This document shows, piece after piece, positions 1-13,700 of a stretch of DNA of 64,000 nucleotides. This DNA comes from Tubiluchus corallicola (lineage: Eukaryota > Animalia > Priapulida): NCBI GenBank assembly GCA_030141605.1, contig JAQGDQ010000052.1:620001-684000 (forward strand), given 5' to 3'. The notes beneath the pieces were generated by a model that did no database searches, was not told the DNA's origin, and saw only the letters and a program-made list of their open reading frames with translations. The translations under genes were made by a program, and so were the position numbers. The stretch's first letter is position 1. Every line of letters starts with the position of its first letter.

Positions 1-1755
1 TTGCATTGATACTATGTCAAAAGATTAAGGACAATTGACTTGCAAGGTAGTTGAAATTTAAATTAATGAAATTGAAATAAATAATAATAATTGGCATGTG
101 AGTAAACGTACAAAAGACAATACAAAAATAATAACTGCTTAGGTAATTTTAGTGGTTGGCACATGTTCATCAATATAAGTAATCAATATAGAATGTTGAC
201 ATGAATGGTTCATATGTCGAAAAAATTCGCTAGATAGTTTATATAGTTAGGTTCTCTCCTTCCTTGCCCATGGTGAGGAAGTGCAAAAGGTTTACACAAT
301 AAACACACTGAAAATGAGAGGCATGATACTAAAAAAGTTGTATGAAGCGATAATTTGACACATTGTAACAGTATGACATTAGTATTCATACTAATCTGAT
401 GTAGTAAACAGCTTCTAGAACATTCAATATAGCAACACATAATATAGATGAGATGAGTACTGTATGAAACATAATTCATACGTTTCATTATCTAGATAGC
501 ACATTGGTCCTGCATGGAGGAACAATGCGGTCCAGATCTCTAGGCCTAAATGCAATCAAAGACAATAAACAATTTGCATTTCAATTGACCGAAATACTTC
601 AGATACTAGCAAGGAGGTCCTAGGTAGAGGAAGCTTGGAGAGTGGTTTTAACTCCATGGGTTGCAAGTGCGTCTGACGTGTTTGTGGAGCAGGTGGTGAT
701 GGGTTGGGATAGTGTAGAAACTTCGTGAACATCACGTCGGCCATCCGCCATGGGTTCGGAAATGCGGAGCATAAAGTTTGGTTTGCGCTTGCAGTAAATG
801 AGTCCAGCGAATATAGTAATGATGACACCAGCAATCAAGAGGGGTAGTTTGCAGTTTAAGTGTTTTAGTTTTAGTTTAGTTTGATGTACTCTCACATTGC
901 ACAAATCAAGAATATCACTGAAAGCAAGGTTCCAACAGAAAGATGCATCCTCTATCTGCACACTGATGTAAAGAAAATGACGATCTACGTCACATTTTTG
1001 AAAAAAAATAATACAACCGACGAAAGTTGAGCGTTTTACTGTAATATTTACATTTTCGCTCTGCGTGAAGTAATTGCTTTTATGTACTGCTGTGCGACAC
1101 TAGATAGAATCAAGTAAGTTACCGTAAAACAAATAATATTTTGAAATTCACTGCAAAATTAAAAACGCATTGTACGACAAGGCGTTTGACGCCATCATTT
1201 TGTAGCTTCTGCGTTTACTGCCAACTGGTGAACTCTAGGGGCGGTTTTGAGTGATTGAACGAGTTACGAAGCTCAGCGGCCTTCCCACCTCTCTCCCGAA
1301 AGTGACCGTCTACTGTTACAGACAGGGTGCAGTTGGGCTGGAAAAAATTCGTCTAGAAATGAAATATTGAGAAACGGCGGGAAGTTGAGGGTTCCGCCAT
1401 TTTTATTTTAAATATTTTATTTCAGAAAATATAACTGGAAGAGATGATAAAACACAGTGATTAGATTAACAGTTGTTGAGAAATAAACTGTATTAATTTT
1501 TAGCATTCACAGTCATTATGTAAATACTCCTACGGACTAAAATTTACGTGGAGCACTGGTAGGAAATATCAAGGGCATAACACTTCCAAGCTTAAAGCTT
1601 TGATGAAAGCGTCTGTTTGTTTAAGCTTGTCTACTTGTGTGATCAAGCAGTGTTTTTTTTATAAAAAGCTTTACAACCTCGCCCAAGTAATAAATTTTAA
1701 AAATTTTGTTTCGATTTTTCTATCACTAGAGATAGGTTAAGCGGTTTTAGGCATA

Positions 1756-2110
1756 AGTAGTGTGGTATGTCTCTTTTCAGGTGATTTAACTGCCCATTAA
1801 TTGGGCAGTTAAGTCCCCAGCGCCGCGAAATGCAGTGGTCCCGGGTGGAGGTATTTCCTGTGTTTTTTGACTAATTGAGGGTAATTTGGGGATTATACTG
1901 GAGCTTTGAATCTCCTCGTGGTGGTGGCACGAATTAGGTACATGCCCGGGGGGGCCTAAGGACCCCGAATTGGGTAGCGAACACCCCCGCACAGCTGGAA
2001 TGCAGTGCTCCGGTAACGGCTAATTGGGGATTAGCCTGCGCGCCGTTGACTAACGGAATTGCACCCACAATGAGTCTATTGAAATTGATAATACCATAAT
2101 TACCTCACGC
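1756..2110 (+). mobile_element. Solo terminal fragment of a related Maverick family
   Basis: AGTAGTGTGGTATGTCTCTTTTCAGGTGATTTAA matches the TIR start at 34020; similarity continues (aaatgcagtggtcc, gcccggggggg, taattgggg, cataattacc). Confidence 0.8.
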
Positions 2111-4439
2111 CGTCAACAGTTGCTGGTGGTGGTCATCATCATCAAGGATATTAACTGAGTAAATGAGTAACTGCCTGCTTTATTGTTTAAGACTTCATTG
2201 AGATTTATAAAAACTGACCAGAAAAGAAAACATTTTGCTTAAATGTGGGTAGGTTTCTACAAGTGTGCTGCTCATAATCATGACAATTGTCACGAATTCC
2301 GGTGAGCTCAACTCTGCCGCTAGGCCCCAACTATTGCTGACCAAACCAGACTACCTTATTCTCAAAAACCTATGCAAACCATTTAGAGGTGCGCTGGCTG
2401 TATTTTTACATGCAAGTTAACCTTGAAACATTTACACTTGCTAATTCGGGCTTAATTATCCGAGGTTATAAATTTCTTCTCAACTCAACTTAAAGCAGGG
2501 CCACGTGATCGGCCTAGCATAGTTAGGTTAATTTGTCACTTTTAGTGTAGTTGTTTTTATCGAACCTGCAAAGTCAAACTAAACTAAACTGCGTATTTTA
2601 CTGATAGCAAAACAGTTTAATCAGCAACTGATGAACGTAAGCGTTGTGCATTTTCTCGTAATTCTATAATAGGGGAAACTCTATAATAAACATGTTTTAT
2701 AATAAACAAAGCTAGATGATACATTTCCACTAACCCACTTGCTTTTTCAATCAACAACAATAAAGTCTAGAACCATACTCATGTTTTTCCCGCTAACTGC
2801 GGGAATTTTTTTTAACAACAGTATTAGATGTCAGGCAAAGCGCATCCTACAGCTGCAGTCCCGAAAGTACTGATGTTAAAGAAGCTTTGCAGGGGTCACG
2901 CTCGCATGAATACGGTTCACGGATCACGTACACAAGCAGAAACGCCCAGCCTTTTTAATAAAAACTACTGTATTGTTATTGTTATAGCATCTCTGCTATT
3001 GCATAGGGTCTTTGCTTTTGCACAAAAGCACAATTTAATGAATAATTGCAATATCAAATACCAAGTAAAAATGTAATACAAAATAATTTTATTCATGTTA
3101 CTTTATGAAAAGTTACAAATAATTGCTCTCACAAGAATGTTAGCTGTAATAAAACGAAAACAAGATGTTTTGTAAAAATGTGCAAATAACTGGGCTGTAA
3201 ATTGAATAACTTTTTACAAAATTTAACATTCACACTGAAATTTTAACAAACTTTTAGTCATAACTGTTAACTACTTTCCTTTTTTTGTAATTTTCCTTTT
3301 TTCAGAGAGTATATATAGTGTAAAAGATAAATAAAACAGGTAAATAAAAACACTATAACTTAAGTTAAATCACTAAAATAAAAATTCAGTTCAGACAGAA
3401 GTTGCCTTCGTCATAAGTCGAAAAAATAAATCTAAATACTTGGTAAAGAGATACGGCATCCCGGCAAATAAAATAAATAATGGTCTTACAGATAAAACTA
3501 AAAATTAAAATATAGGAAATAAATAATAAAATTATACATAAAAGGCTAAAATAACATGATCAGCTATAAGGAGTTAAGAGTGAAGATTGCTGCTGTCAAA
3601 AATACCATGACTGCTGCACTATATCGGCAAATACCTGTAAAAAATGTCACAGTTTGTACTTTGCAGAAAATGGATAAAGCATGTAATAAAACTTAAGTTC
3701 GTTTGTAAATCAAAGTAAAATGCGTAACACATTTTTAATTTTTGCTCCTGCCAAATTTGATCAGTGCAAATGCCTTAAAAACTTCTGTAAATATTTTATA
3801 AATAATTATGTTTGTCAGCGAATATTTAAGAAACTCGTGAAATTTGCAACATGTTCTTGATTCTGATAGAATAATAAAATAATGTTCACTTGTGCCATTT
3901 ATGTTTCAAATTCCAGTTACAATTAAACTATTCAAGTTTTGGTTTTACATTATTTAAAAAAATAAAATATTTTTAGTCAAAAATGCACGCATATTTAGTG
4001 ACGATTTGTCATTTGTTCCAAAAAATGTGTGAGTATTATGCATCGCTAAAAAAATTAAGTAATTTAAGAACATGTTTAACCACTAAAGTAATATTATTCG
4101 CTACTTAACAAAGTGGTAATGAATCCAAGTCTAAATGTGTGGTGTGCAGTAATATGTGGCACGAGATTGCATGCAACTAGCTTGTGTGTGTCTGTAATAA
4201 TATGGCTCACTGACCAAGTTCACAAATGCTGGATTACAGGTTCAGACACTAGATGTCGGCACTTGTATTACATAGTACAAATTTCAATCACACAGACATT
4301 TAGGAGGAGAATCAGTCTGTCAGTTTAGTTTGTAGCTCAACTCCATAGATTATCTAGCACATATGAGTTTGGTAAAATTTGTGAGTCCTCATTTAAAATC
4401 AACTTGTTTTGGGTCTGCGTGACAACAATCTGAGATTGC

Positions 4440-6450
4440 AGTAATACTTGTGGCCATGAAGCATCCACTCATCGAATCAAGTACTGGCACAGCAGAAAAA
4501 GTTGAGGCTGTGAAATACAAATATGTGCAGAATGCTACAGGTAAAACTAAAATAGCAGACTGAAAAAACGAACATAAAATGCACTTATGTGATAAATGTG
4601 ACAGAAGTGCTCACAAAAAAGATGAAAAATGTCCTGCCAAAACGGTGTAGGAAACATGGTCACTGGGCTATAGTGTGCAAGAAATTGAGAACACGAAAGA
4701 CGATTCTTCATGATACTACAAAGCTATAAGAACATTACAAAACTTTCAACCAAACAAGAAAATCATAGTTCAGGACAATGATGGACTGATTACTGACCCA
4801 TATCAACAGGCGCAGGCCATTGCAGAGTTTTTTCAAAATGTATTCATTGATAAAAATGCAAGAAAAATTAACAAAGCTGAACCTCATCGCATGAACATAC
4901 CTTTTAAAACAGATGAAGGTAAATCTGCAGCTAGGTCAATAAAGAACAACAAGAGTCCAGGGATTGATGAAATAAATGCAGAATTACTTAAATGCGGAAC
5001 AGATGCACTTTATAAATCAATAGCAACAATATTAAACAACATTGTTGAAACAGGAATATTTCCAAAAGATCTTTAAAAAGGCATTCTTATACTTCAGCCA
5101 AAACCTGGAAAAAAGAGAGGACCAATAGTAAATTGAAGACAACTGATGCTGTTAACCATAATAAGAAAAGTTCTAGCAATATGTATGTTCAACAGAATCT
5201 ATGACAGACTGCATCAGTGTATTCCTAAAAGTCAAGCAGCTTACCAACCTGGAAGAAATACAAAAGAACTTGCTCAGAAATGCAAGATACCAGCAGAAAG
5301 GGCCATCTCCTTGGCAGATTATTTAATATATATATTATTCATGGACATGTCCAAAGCATTTGACTCAGTTCGAAGAAAGACACTGCTACACTACTTACTA
5401 GAAATACTTAATCCTGATGAAATTCGTATCAATATTATTGGAAGATCTTCTAATTAGTGTTAGATGTGAAGGCGGACTGAATGATTCATTTTCCACGAAT
5501 AAGCGAATGCCTCAAGGAGATTGCCTAAGTCCTGTTCTCTTCATTTTTTATCTAGCTACAGCATTAATGGACAGGAACAGTACACCCACAAAAGAACTTT
5601 GCGACCACAATTATACAAATCTGTATCCAGAAAAGCTACCACCTGGAACAGAATTAGAACACAATTATGCTAATAAAACGAGATTCCCTACAACCATAGA
5701 CTTGCAATATGCTGATGATACTGCATGGATAGCAAGAACCAAAGATGAAATAGATGAAGTCAAAATCAAAATAGAAACAAATTTAAAAGAAATGGATCTC
5801 ATACTAAATAAAGATAAAACAGAAGAGTATCACATAAAAAGGAATGGAGATGATGCGTGGAGGAAATGTAAGTACTTAGGCAGTCTTCTAGCAACAGATG
5901 AAGATATATCAAAAACAAAATAGAAAATTAAGAATCTTTGTTGCACTTGTGGAAACTGTGTTTCTCTGTAACTCAGAATTATGGACAATTAAAGTACAAT
6001 ACGAATCAGAAATTAAAGCATTTCAAAGAAGAACTACAGGAACATTTTAGGAATAAAATGGCCAAACAAAATGTCAAACCGGGATCTGTATAATAAAGTC
6101 AAAGCAGAGGAATGGACAATTAAAATCAAAAGAAGAAGATTAAGATAGATAGGACATGTTACACGACTACCAGATGACAGTCCATTAAAGTTAGCTTTCA
6201 AAGAAGCACTGCAGAAAGAAAAAGAAAACGCAAGGAGCACAGCTGCTGATTTATATCAATTTCATCCAAAAAGATCTTATCAAGTCACCATCAACACACC
6301 ACTCTGTTTCCTCAAAGGTCGTACGCACACAATAAAGCTGAAAGAGAATCCAGAACCACATACAACTTTAGCATGTTCTGATTGCTTTCAAACCACTGCT
6401 AAGCTAGAGCAAATGGAAGCATTAGGCGTTGTACAGAAAGTCCATTATAC
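4440..6450 (+). mobile_element. Gypsy LTR retrotransposon remnant interrupted by the LINE
   Basis: Gag zinc knuckles CDKCDRSAH...CPAK...GHWAIVCK (4587-4682) and start of RT LKGRTHTIKLKENPEP...LEQMEALGVVQKV (about 6310-6442) flank the LINE. Confidence 0.6.
4700..6245 (+). mobile_element. 5'-truncated LINE RT pseudogene (RTE-like)
   Basis: KSPGIDEINAELLK, QAAYQPGR, FMDMSKAFDSV, PQGDCLSPVLF, LQYADD, KYLGS, NILGIKWP...SN.DLY, GHVTRLP; multiple stops and frameshifts. Confidence 0.9.
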
Positions 6451-6857
6451 CATTTTCAGCTGACATTATAAAGAAATCACAATGTCCAAAAAACAATGCA
6501 AGGTGCTGTTATTGTTTTTCAGAACAAATTAAAGGTTTATATTTCAATGTAACAGCTTTTAGAAAAGCCTGCTTGGGCTAATTTTAAAGCTTTAGTTAGC
6601 ATAGTGATATATGTCTAAATGCACATGTTTTTAAATTTCGGGACAGTTTTTAAGGTTTGTCAAATAACTACACAAATGAGCGTAATCTTAAGATGAGTGG
6701 AGACACGTGTTCCTAAAACTAAACCTAGCAGAAAATTTATCCGTGTTAGTATCTCATTAAACCTCCAAAGTACGAAAAGCTGTAAAAAGTTTTTTTCACC
6801 ACACCCTACTGTAAATTGTTAACTGTATATGCTATATATAGCAACAGAAGTTAGTAC

Positions 6858-7728
6858 CTGTACTATCAGTTATCACAGTCGTTGTTTTCTCAGTCATATC
6901 TGAGGTCTTCGTGACATCTGACATTGTTGTATCCGATGTCGTTGTATCTGAGGTCACCATATCATCCGAAATCGTCGTATCCGAGGTCATATCTGAGGTC
7001 ATACTATCATCTGAAGTCATATCTGTTGTCATATTTGTCATATTCATATCTGCACGAGGAGGTTTCACAGCTCCAGCAGGTGGTATTTTACCCGTTGTTT
7101 TTTCATCTGTAGTTACTTTTTTCCGAGTAGTTGGTGTGCCTTCCCATAAGTCATCCCAGCGAGTAGTCTGAGTGGAATGTCGGGATGTTGTAGCTGGGCC
7201 AGCTGTCTTGATTACAGTTTGCTCAGTACTCATGACTTGATCTGTCCAATCAAATCTACTTGCTTCCCTGCTAGGTGCCTCAGTAGGCCATTCTGGAGAA
7301 GTTGCAATAAAATTTGTTGATGTTTCTCTGGATGGAATGACAGTAATTGTACTTCTTGTTGATGACTCGGCAGAAGTAACTTCCCCGCCAGACACATCAG
7401 TGCGTGATGCAGTTTTCCCTTCTGCTGTTGTGTTGGGCATCACTGTTGTATTAAACAAACTAGGTCCCTCCCCTTCTACTTCCACACCTCCTTCATCTAT
7501 ATCATCGATTTCTTCTTCCACATCAGGCACACCAGGTATTTCCTCCTCTTCACCCGTCGCTCCGACTTCTTCTCCTCCCGCCATACCTGGCAATACCTCT
7601 CCTTTACTTGGATCTGACCAATTTCCAGAAAGTGCCATTTTTTGCTCGTCATTTAGTAAGTCTTGCTTGTCTGACAGAAGACGTATAACCTCAGATGGAA
7701 ACTCGCTTAACTGTTGTGGTGAAAATCC
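6858..7728 (-). CDS. Large exon: end of stereocilin-like domain plus acidic and Ser/Thr/Asp-rich mucin-like stalk
   Basis: Acceptor tgcag|GGATTT, donor ACAG|gtact; 871 nt (phase 0 to 1); lies within ORF 6832..7734. Confidence 0.85.
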
Positions 7729-10700
7729 CTGCATTCAGAAAAGTGGTAGTAAATCACCTTACCAATAAAAACTATGCAAAAATATATTTCAAAGAATAGG
7801 CTAAATAGTACTGCAAGTCTTGCAACTTCTCACAAACCACTTTCCACACATATTTTCTCTAAAAAAAGTAACCAACAGTTAAGGCAAAAATATGTCATGT
7901 TCAATGGATACAGTTTCATTAATCAACAGAGTAGAACCATCCCTAGGGCACTTAGATTGACTGTATCAGAACAACAGCCATAAAGATCATCTATGCAGGC
8001 TTATAGGACTGAAAGCCTTTCACACATGGTTTACGTGTTAAGTGAAATGATAATAAAGTTACAAACTAAAAATGAAATAGCTTTATATTTTCAGTTGAAG
8101 TTGAAAAAACTGACTAAAGATACCTTAACAAAAATCAATGTTCTAGCTGATGAAAACAAAAAAGTTCCAGTAGGATTAATGAAATAATTATTAAGTTCCT
8201 AATTTTTTGCACATTTACAACCGGCTTCAAATTTGTAGCTGGCTGTTGTATGTAGCAAAATAAAACATAAAATCTCAACTAAAAACCATTATATTTTTAC
8301 GTGCTCTTAGTAACTTATAATCTGTAAATATTTTAGTTGTCTGGAGAAATTTTTTAGACTTATCTTGATTGTAATTTGTGTAAGGTAACATTCTTGCTCC
8401 TGTGATTTTATTTACATGTATTTTAAACTGCATAAAGCCGACAAGCTATTACCAGAGATCAAGCTTAATGCATTATATTAATATACTAATTAAAACAAGA
8501 ATTATATTTGGTGGCCTGCATTTCACCATATATGTATTAAAACCAATGTTGCAGTTTCTCTGAAATGTATGTACATGTAGTGTGCATATAAGGAATTGTT
8601 AATGTATTAAAATAAACGAAGACAACTAGCTTTCTTGGGTAACTTTACTTTACTAGTGATGGGACTAATTGCAACTTAAATACAGTTATGCTGATGATTA
8701 ATAAAGCAAAACACGTGTGACTATGTGTATCTGCAAACTTACTCGAACTTAAGCACATCATGAGCATGTGACTAGGAGTCACCGAGCTGGTTAGTTGGTT
8801 ATTGCATTCTCACAATGTTGTAATCATAAGAAATTAGAATATACACGCTGTGCATGTGTCTGATGCACGAGTCATAAAATCGTTGCATAAGATATTTTGA
8901 AAGCCTATTTGTCTGACAGATGCGAAAGACTTCAGCAAAAATTGCACCCTGCAGATAGGACTTTATTGTTACTATCTTCAACATGTTGACTGATGTGCTC
9001 TTTGATTTACCTAACCTTAAACTATATTTTTGAATTTTAATTAATTCTTTTCATATAACCTGTGCATAAAGATCAGGCCTTAAACACTACTATCAAATTC
9101 TACCTAAAACATACAGAATTGTTCTACCTTTGTAACAACTGAAAAAATTCTTAGTAATTGAAAAAATTTGCGCGGATTGGTAAAATGCCACTGATTCACA
9201 TCCTCATTAAGCATCACTTACCAAAAACGCATTTTTAGTCTTATTATTTTACGTTTGAAACTTTTATTTATGCTTTTGTTTAGGTAATGAAGTGTGAGCT
9301 GCAAATACTCTTTAAACTTGACTCAGCGTTACTATACTTGTTGAAACGACCTGCAGTTAAAATAGCTGCACCCAACAAACATGTTGAGAGATTAAATTTT
9401 CAAATTTTATACAGTGCTGCTGCTAAAACATACTTTGTGCGCAATAATGCAGGATAAAAATGATTCAACATTTCAAAGTGAATTTTCCTGCTTTTACCCA
9501 GGTAAATAGTTTTCTGGTGCTTCGAAGAAAAAATTTGTAAATGTAATATGTAACTTACGTGCAATTTTTTTGTGATTATCATGTTGAAATGATACATAAA
9601 TGCCATTTTCTTTCAGATAAATTAGTGGATAAGTACAAAAGAGTACCTTGGTATGGAAACCAATAACATTTAGTGATGTTTATATTAAACTTTCAAGATA
9701 CTTACTCTAAGCGTTTCAGGTGACATTACTACAGCAGTAGTTGGCTTCAGCTCATTTAAAGCATCTACAGGCAGCTTTGACGCTTCTTCTTCAGTGAGAG
9801 CCCCTAGCAACATAATATTAGGTAATTATTATTGGTTTTTGATTCAAATATTCCTACTTGATTGTCAGTGTTTGTATTTTAGAAGGCACTGTACTTTTGG
9901 TGGAATCTTCTAGCAACAACTATACAGTTTCAATCCACAGCAAGTTCTTTAACGCAATAAACTAAGTTGCAAATGCGTGTTTACTTTTCAGAGATAAACA
10001 TGCATTTTATGAGAATATTATGTGCTGGGTAGAAACTTAATTTTTAGTTCTGAGTTTCTCCTTGAATTTGAACATTATTTTCCTACTGTTGATAATTAAT
10101 TTTAAGTAATTAAAATTCTGCATATACAGCAGAATCTTATTTGAAATCAACTGTTTTTGTTTTTTGTTGCTTCTCCAATTTTGAAATCATAATAACTTCA
10201 AAACTAAAACAGCTAAAGTTATGAAACTTATAGGGTAAACACCTGAGGATGGAGGACTAACATTGGTATAGTGACCTCAGCTCAATGGGGGGTCAGGGAC
10301 ACTGGACATCGGTTGGTTTTTCCTTTGTCGCTCAACTCCTCGTAGGGCTTCGAGTTTAACTCAAAATTTTTTTCACGGGTATTTAGGTCCTAGTGAGGTA
10401 GGACCTGTGCATTAAGTATTTTTTGAAAACTTGAGTCTAGGGAAGTTCTGAGTTAGGAACCAAAATGTGAAAATTGGGGCAAACAGTTTTGTCACTCAAC
10501 TCCTCTTACAGTTTTTTACTAGTAGTCAATGTATATGAATGAGTGGTTAGTCGGTGGGTGCAGATGTGCATTAAGTATTTTGTTAAAAGTGCACATGGCC
10601 ATTACACGTGACATAGGTAGGTACCTAATATAGGTAAGCAGAAAATGGTAAAAGAATGGTGACTGCTGAATCAAAGGTTCACAGAAGTAGAACCCAAAAT

Positions 10701-13700
10701 GTGAAAATTAGGGCAAACAGCTTTGTTATTCAACTCCTTTTACAGCTTTGGACTAGCAGCCGATGTTATTGCACATCTAAGTAGGCGGTCGAGCACAGCC
10801 ATTTACTAAGGTTTTTTGAAACGTGGGTGTGGCCAGGTTACGTGACATAGGCGAAAGTGTTAAAATGGGATTGCAATAAAATGGATTTCCTAGGTAATGT
10901 AGCATGCAGAAGTCAGCAATAGCTAAATTATGATCTTGCAACAAAGATCAAGTCAGCAAAGATCAGTCAGCAGTTGCAATTTTGGTCATAATGTAGAATC
11001 TTAAGTTTATGACTTTCTAGTTGACAATGTTTCTGACGTGGTCAGAAACTGCAGATTTTACAAAGAATAATTACAGAATTAGGCTTTGAAAGAATGCCAG
11101 CCAGCCCTTTGTTTGAAATTTCTAATTCAGATTTTATTGATATACATTGCTTGATTACATAGGAACTGAATTTCACAATGAAATCTCAACTTTAACGCTT
11201 GACCCGTGTGAGTCAGGAATCAATCTCATTGTAACTTATACTATTTGATTCGTCTCACTGAGCCATTTCATTTTATATGTCACAATCTAGGTTTGAACGA
11301 CATTTGTCAGCTCCACCATTATTATTATTATTGGACACTCAATGCATTTCAGTTCCCGACACTCGTTTTTCGGTTTTTGACTCCTTACTAGGGTCAGAGA
11401 TCAACCGAACTCTCACATAACTTATATAATTCAGTTTGTCTCATCGAGACATTTCAGTTGATATAGTACAAGTTAGTTCCCCTTGACAATGGATGGCATT
11501 TGTTTCCTTGACGCCTATTTTCCCCTTTGAGTCATAGCTTAACGATTCTCATTGAAAAATTTTTCCCCTCCAAATGACTCATATTCTGCCGCACCAAGGA
11601 CTCAGCCACAGGTAAACGCATGCCAAAAATTGTAGCCCTAGCTAAAAACTATAGAAGCACATGGAGCCTAAAGAAAAATAAATAAAACCTGCTCGCTCCA
11701 TGACTCTTGACTTGGCAATTCGGGTCACTTGTATGCAAGATTTTCTTTTCCCAGAGAGTGTACCCTGTATGTTTTGTGTTCACCCAGCATGTAAAAGGTC
11801 ACAAAATAGGGAACACACCAATTTTGCATTTTGGGCCCTCCAATGGACATTTAAAATTTGCTAGCTTTTTATAACCCCAGATGAACTTCTATGCCACAGT
11901 ACCCAAATCTTGTTAAAAAACAATTTCGAAAAACCGAAAGCTCTAGGTGGAGTTGTGACCTAAGGAAAAATAGACCTATGCTCAATGCCCTTCCACTCTT
12001 GACCAGATGTCAGAGGTCACCAAACTGTTGTTCATGCTTCACTCAGGGCTACCCACCTATGAGTTTTGTGACCCTAGCTTGTAAACGTTACAAGTTATTA
12101 AGCGTTAGGTTTATGGAGAATGAATATTAATAAAGTAACTAGTTGACAATGTTTCTGACGTGGCCAGAAGCTTAAAATTTTGCAAAATTGGGCCTTAAAA
12201 AAACAGCCTTTGGTTTGAAAATTATAATTTACATAATTTTCAAACATAATTACATAAGATGATTCCCTTGATTACATAAGAACTGCACTTCAAAATGAAA
12301 TCTCAACTTGTAACTTGTTAACACTTGACCCGTGGGTCAGGGATCAATCAATCTTAGTGTAACGTATACGATTCGATTTGTCTCACTGAGACATTTCGTT
12401 TAATATATTACAAACTAGGTACACCTCCACCCCTATTTTGCTTTAGTGGGGTCGCAGCTTAACAAATCTGATGCTTTTCTTTTGTTATGCTGCAAGATAT
12501 TTGCTCGACGCAATGCATTTCAGTGCCTGACCCCCATTTTTCGGTTTTTGACCCCCTACTAGACCTAAAAAATACAAATCTCTTTATACCGCCTACTTGG
12601 GACAAAAAACTTGGTGTTATAGCGAGTTTGGCATTATAAAGAGGTGTGTTGAATTTTGCTATAGACAAATCACTAAACAGTCAGGGGAGTCACAATTTAC
12701 ATTACGAAGCCAAAGTTTAGCTCGAATATCAGTGTGAAATGGTGAGCTTACAGATTTGGTGTAGTAGGTTAGCAAGTAGGTTAGCAAAAACAAGGAAAAA
12801 AATGGTGAGCAAATATTGTTAAAAAATTATCATTGAATTAAAAGTAGGAATATTTATTACAGAACTTAACTAGTTCATTCATGCTGTTTATAGAGAATGG
12901 AACATCTATGCCACAACAGATCAATTTTCTGCATTAGAACGTGACAGCAACTGAGCATATTTATTTATCAGTGTTTTTCTTACATAAATATTTAAAACAA
13001 GACATACCAACAACGATACCCATTTGGCCAACATGACTGCTGGTCCATTCAGAAACATCTCCATAAAGTTGAATGGCCTTTTCCTTGAACCTAGTCAATA
13101 CTTCAAGGTCACATGACTTTAGCAGTCCAAAAGACACAACTGTTGCACTAAAACGAGAGGAGATATTTTAATAGTAGAACAAAAAAAGATCAACACAGGT
13201 AAAATTGCCAATAATAAAAGCTTAACAGAAAAGGACTTTATATAGAATCATGTTCAGAAATATAAATTCATTTATTATTTCCATTTTTCTTTATACAAAT
13301 TTGTATAAATTGCAGTTATGAGACAAGGGAAAGGAATCAACCCAAGTTATTATTTTCCAGTAAATGCGGCGGAGTACTGCCAGAATAGCCACTAAATAGC
13401 TGAAATAATTTTCAAGAATTTCTGAGACAATTAACTAATAAACTAACACTCAGAGAATATAAAGAACACTGTACTGCATAATGGTGATGTACAAAAAAAA
13501 CACTTCACAATAGCAACAAGTAAAGGATCTTAAGTTATCAAAAGTTCATAAATCAGAAACAGAAGTTTGCAATAAGACCTTATATCACAAAAAACTACAT
13601 GGAAAATATAAGTAATGAAATAATTCCAGTTGTCAGCAACCATGGGAAAGAATGCCAGCCCTTTGTATTAACTCAGTTTACTTATCAAATGTCCAGTGCC

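Noticed and set aside
6911-7768. Plus-strand ORFs 6911..7171 and 7337..7768
   Set aside because: Antisense shadows of the low-complexity minus-strand exon.
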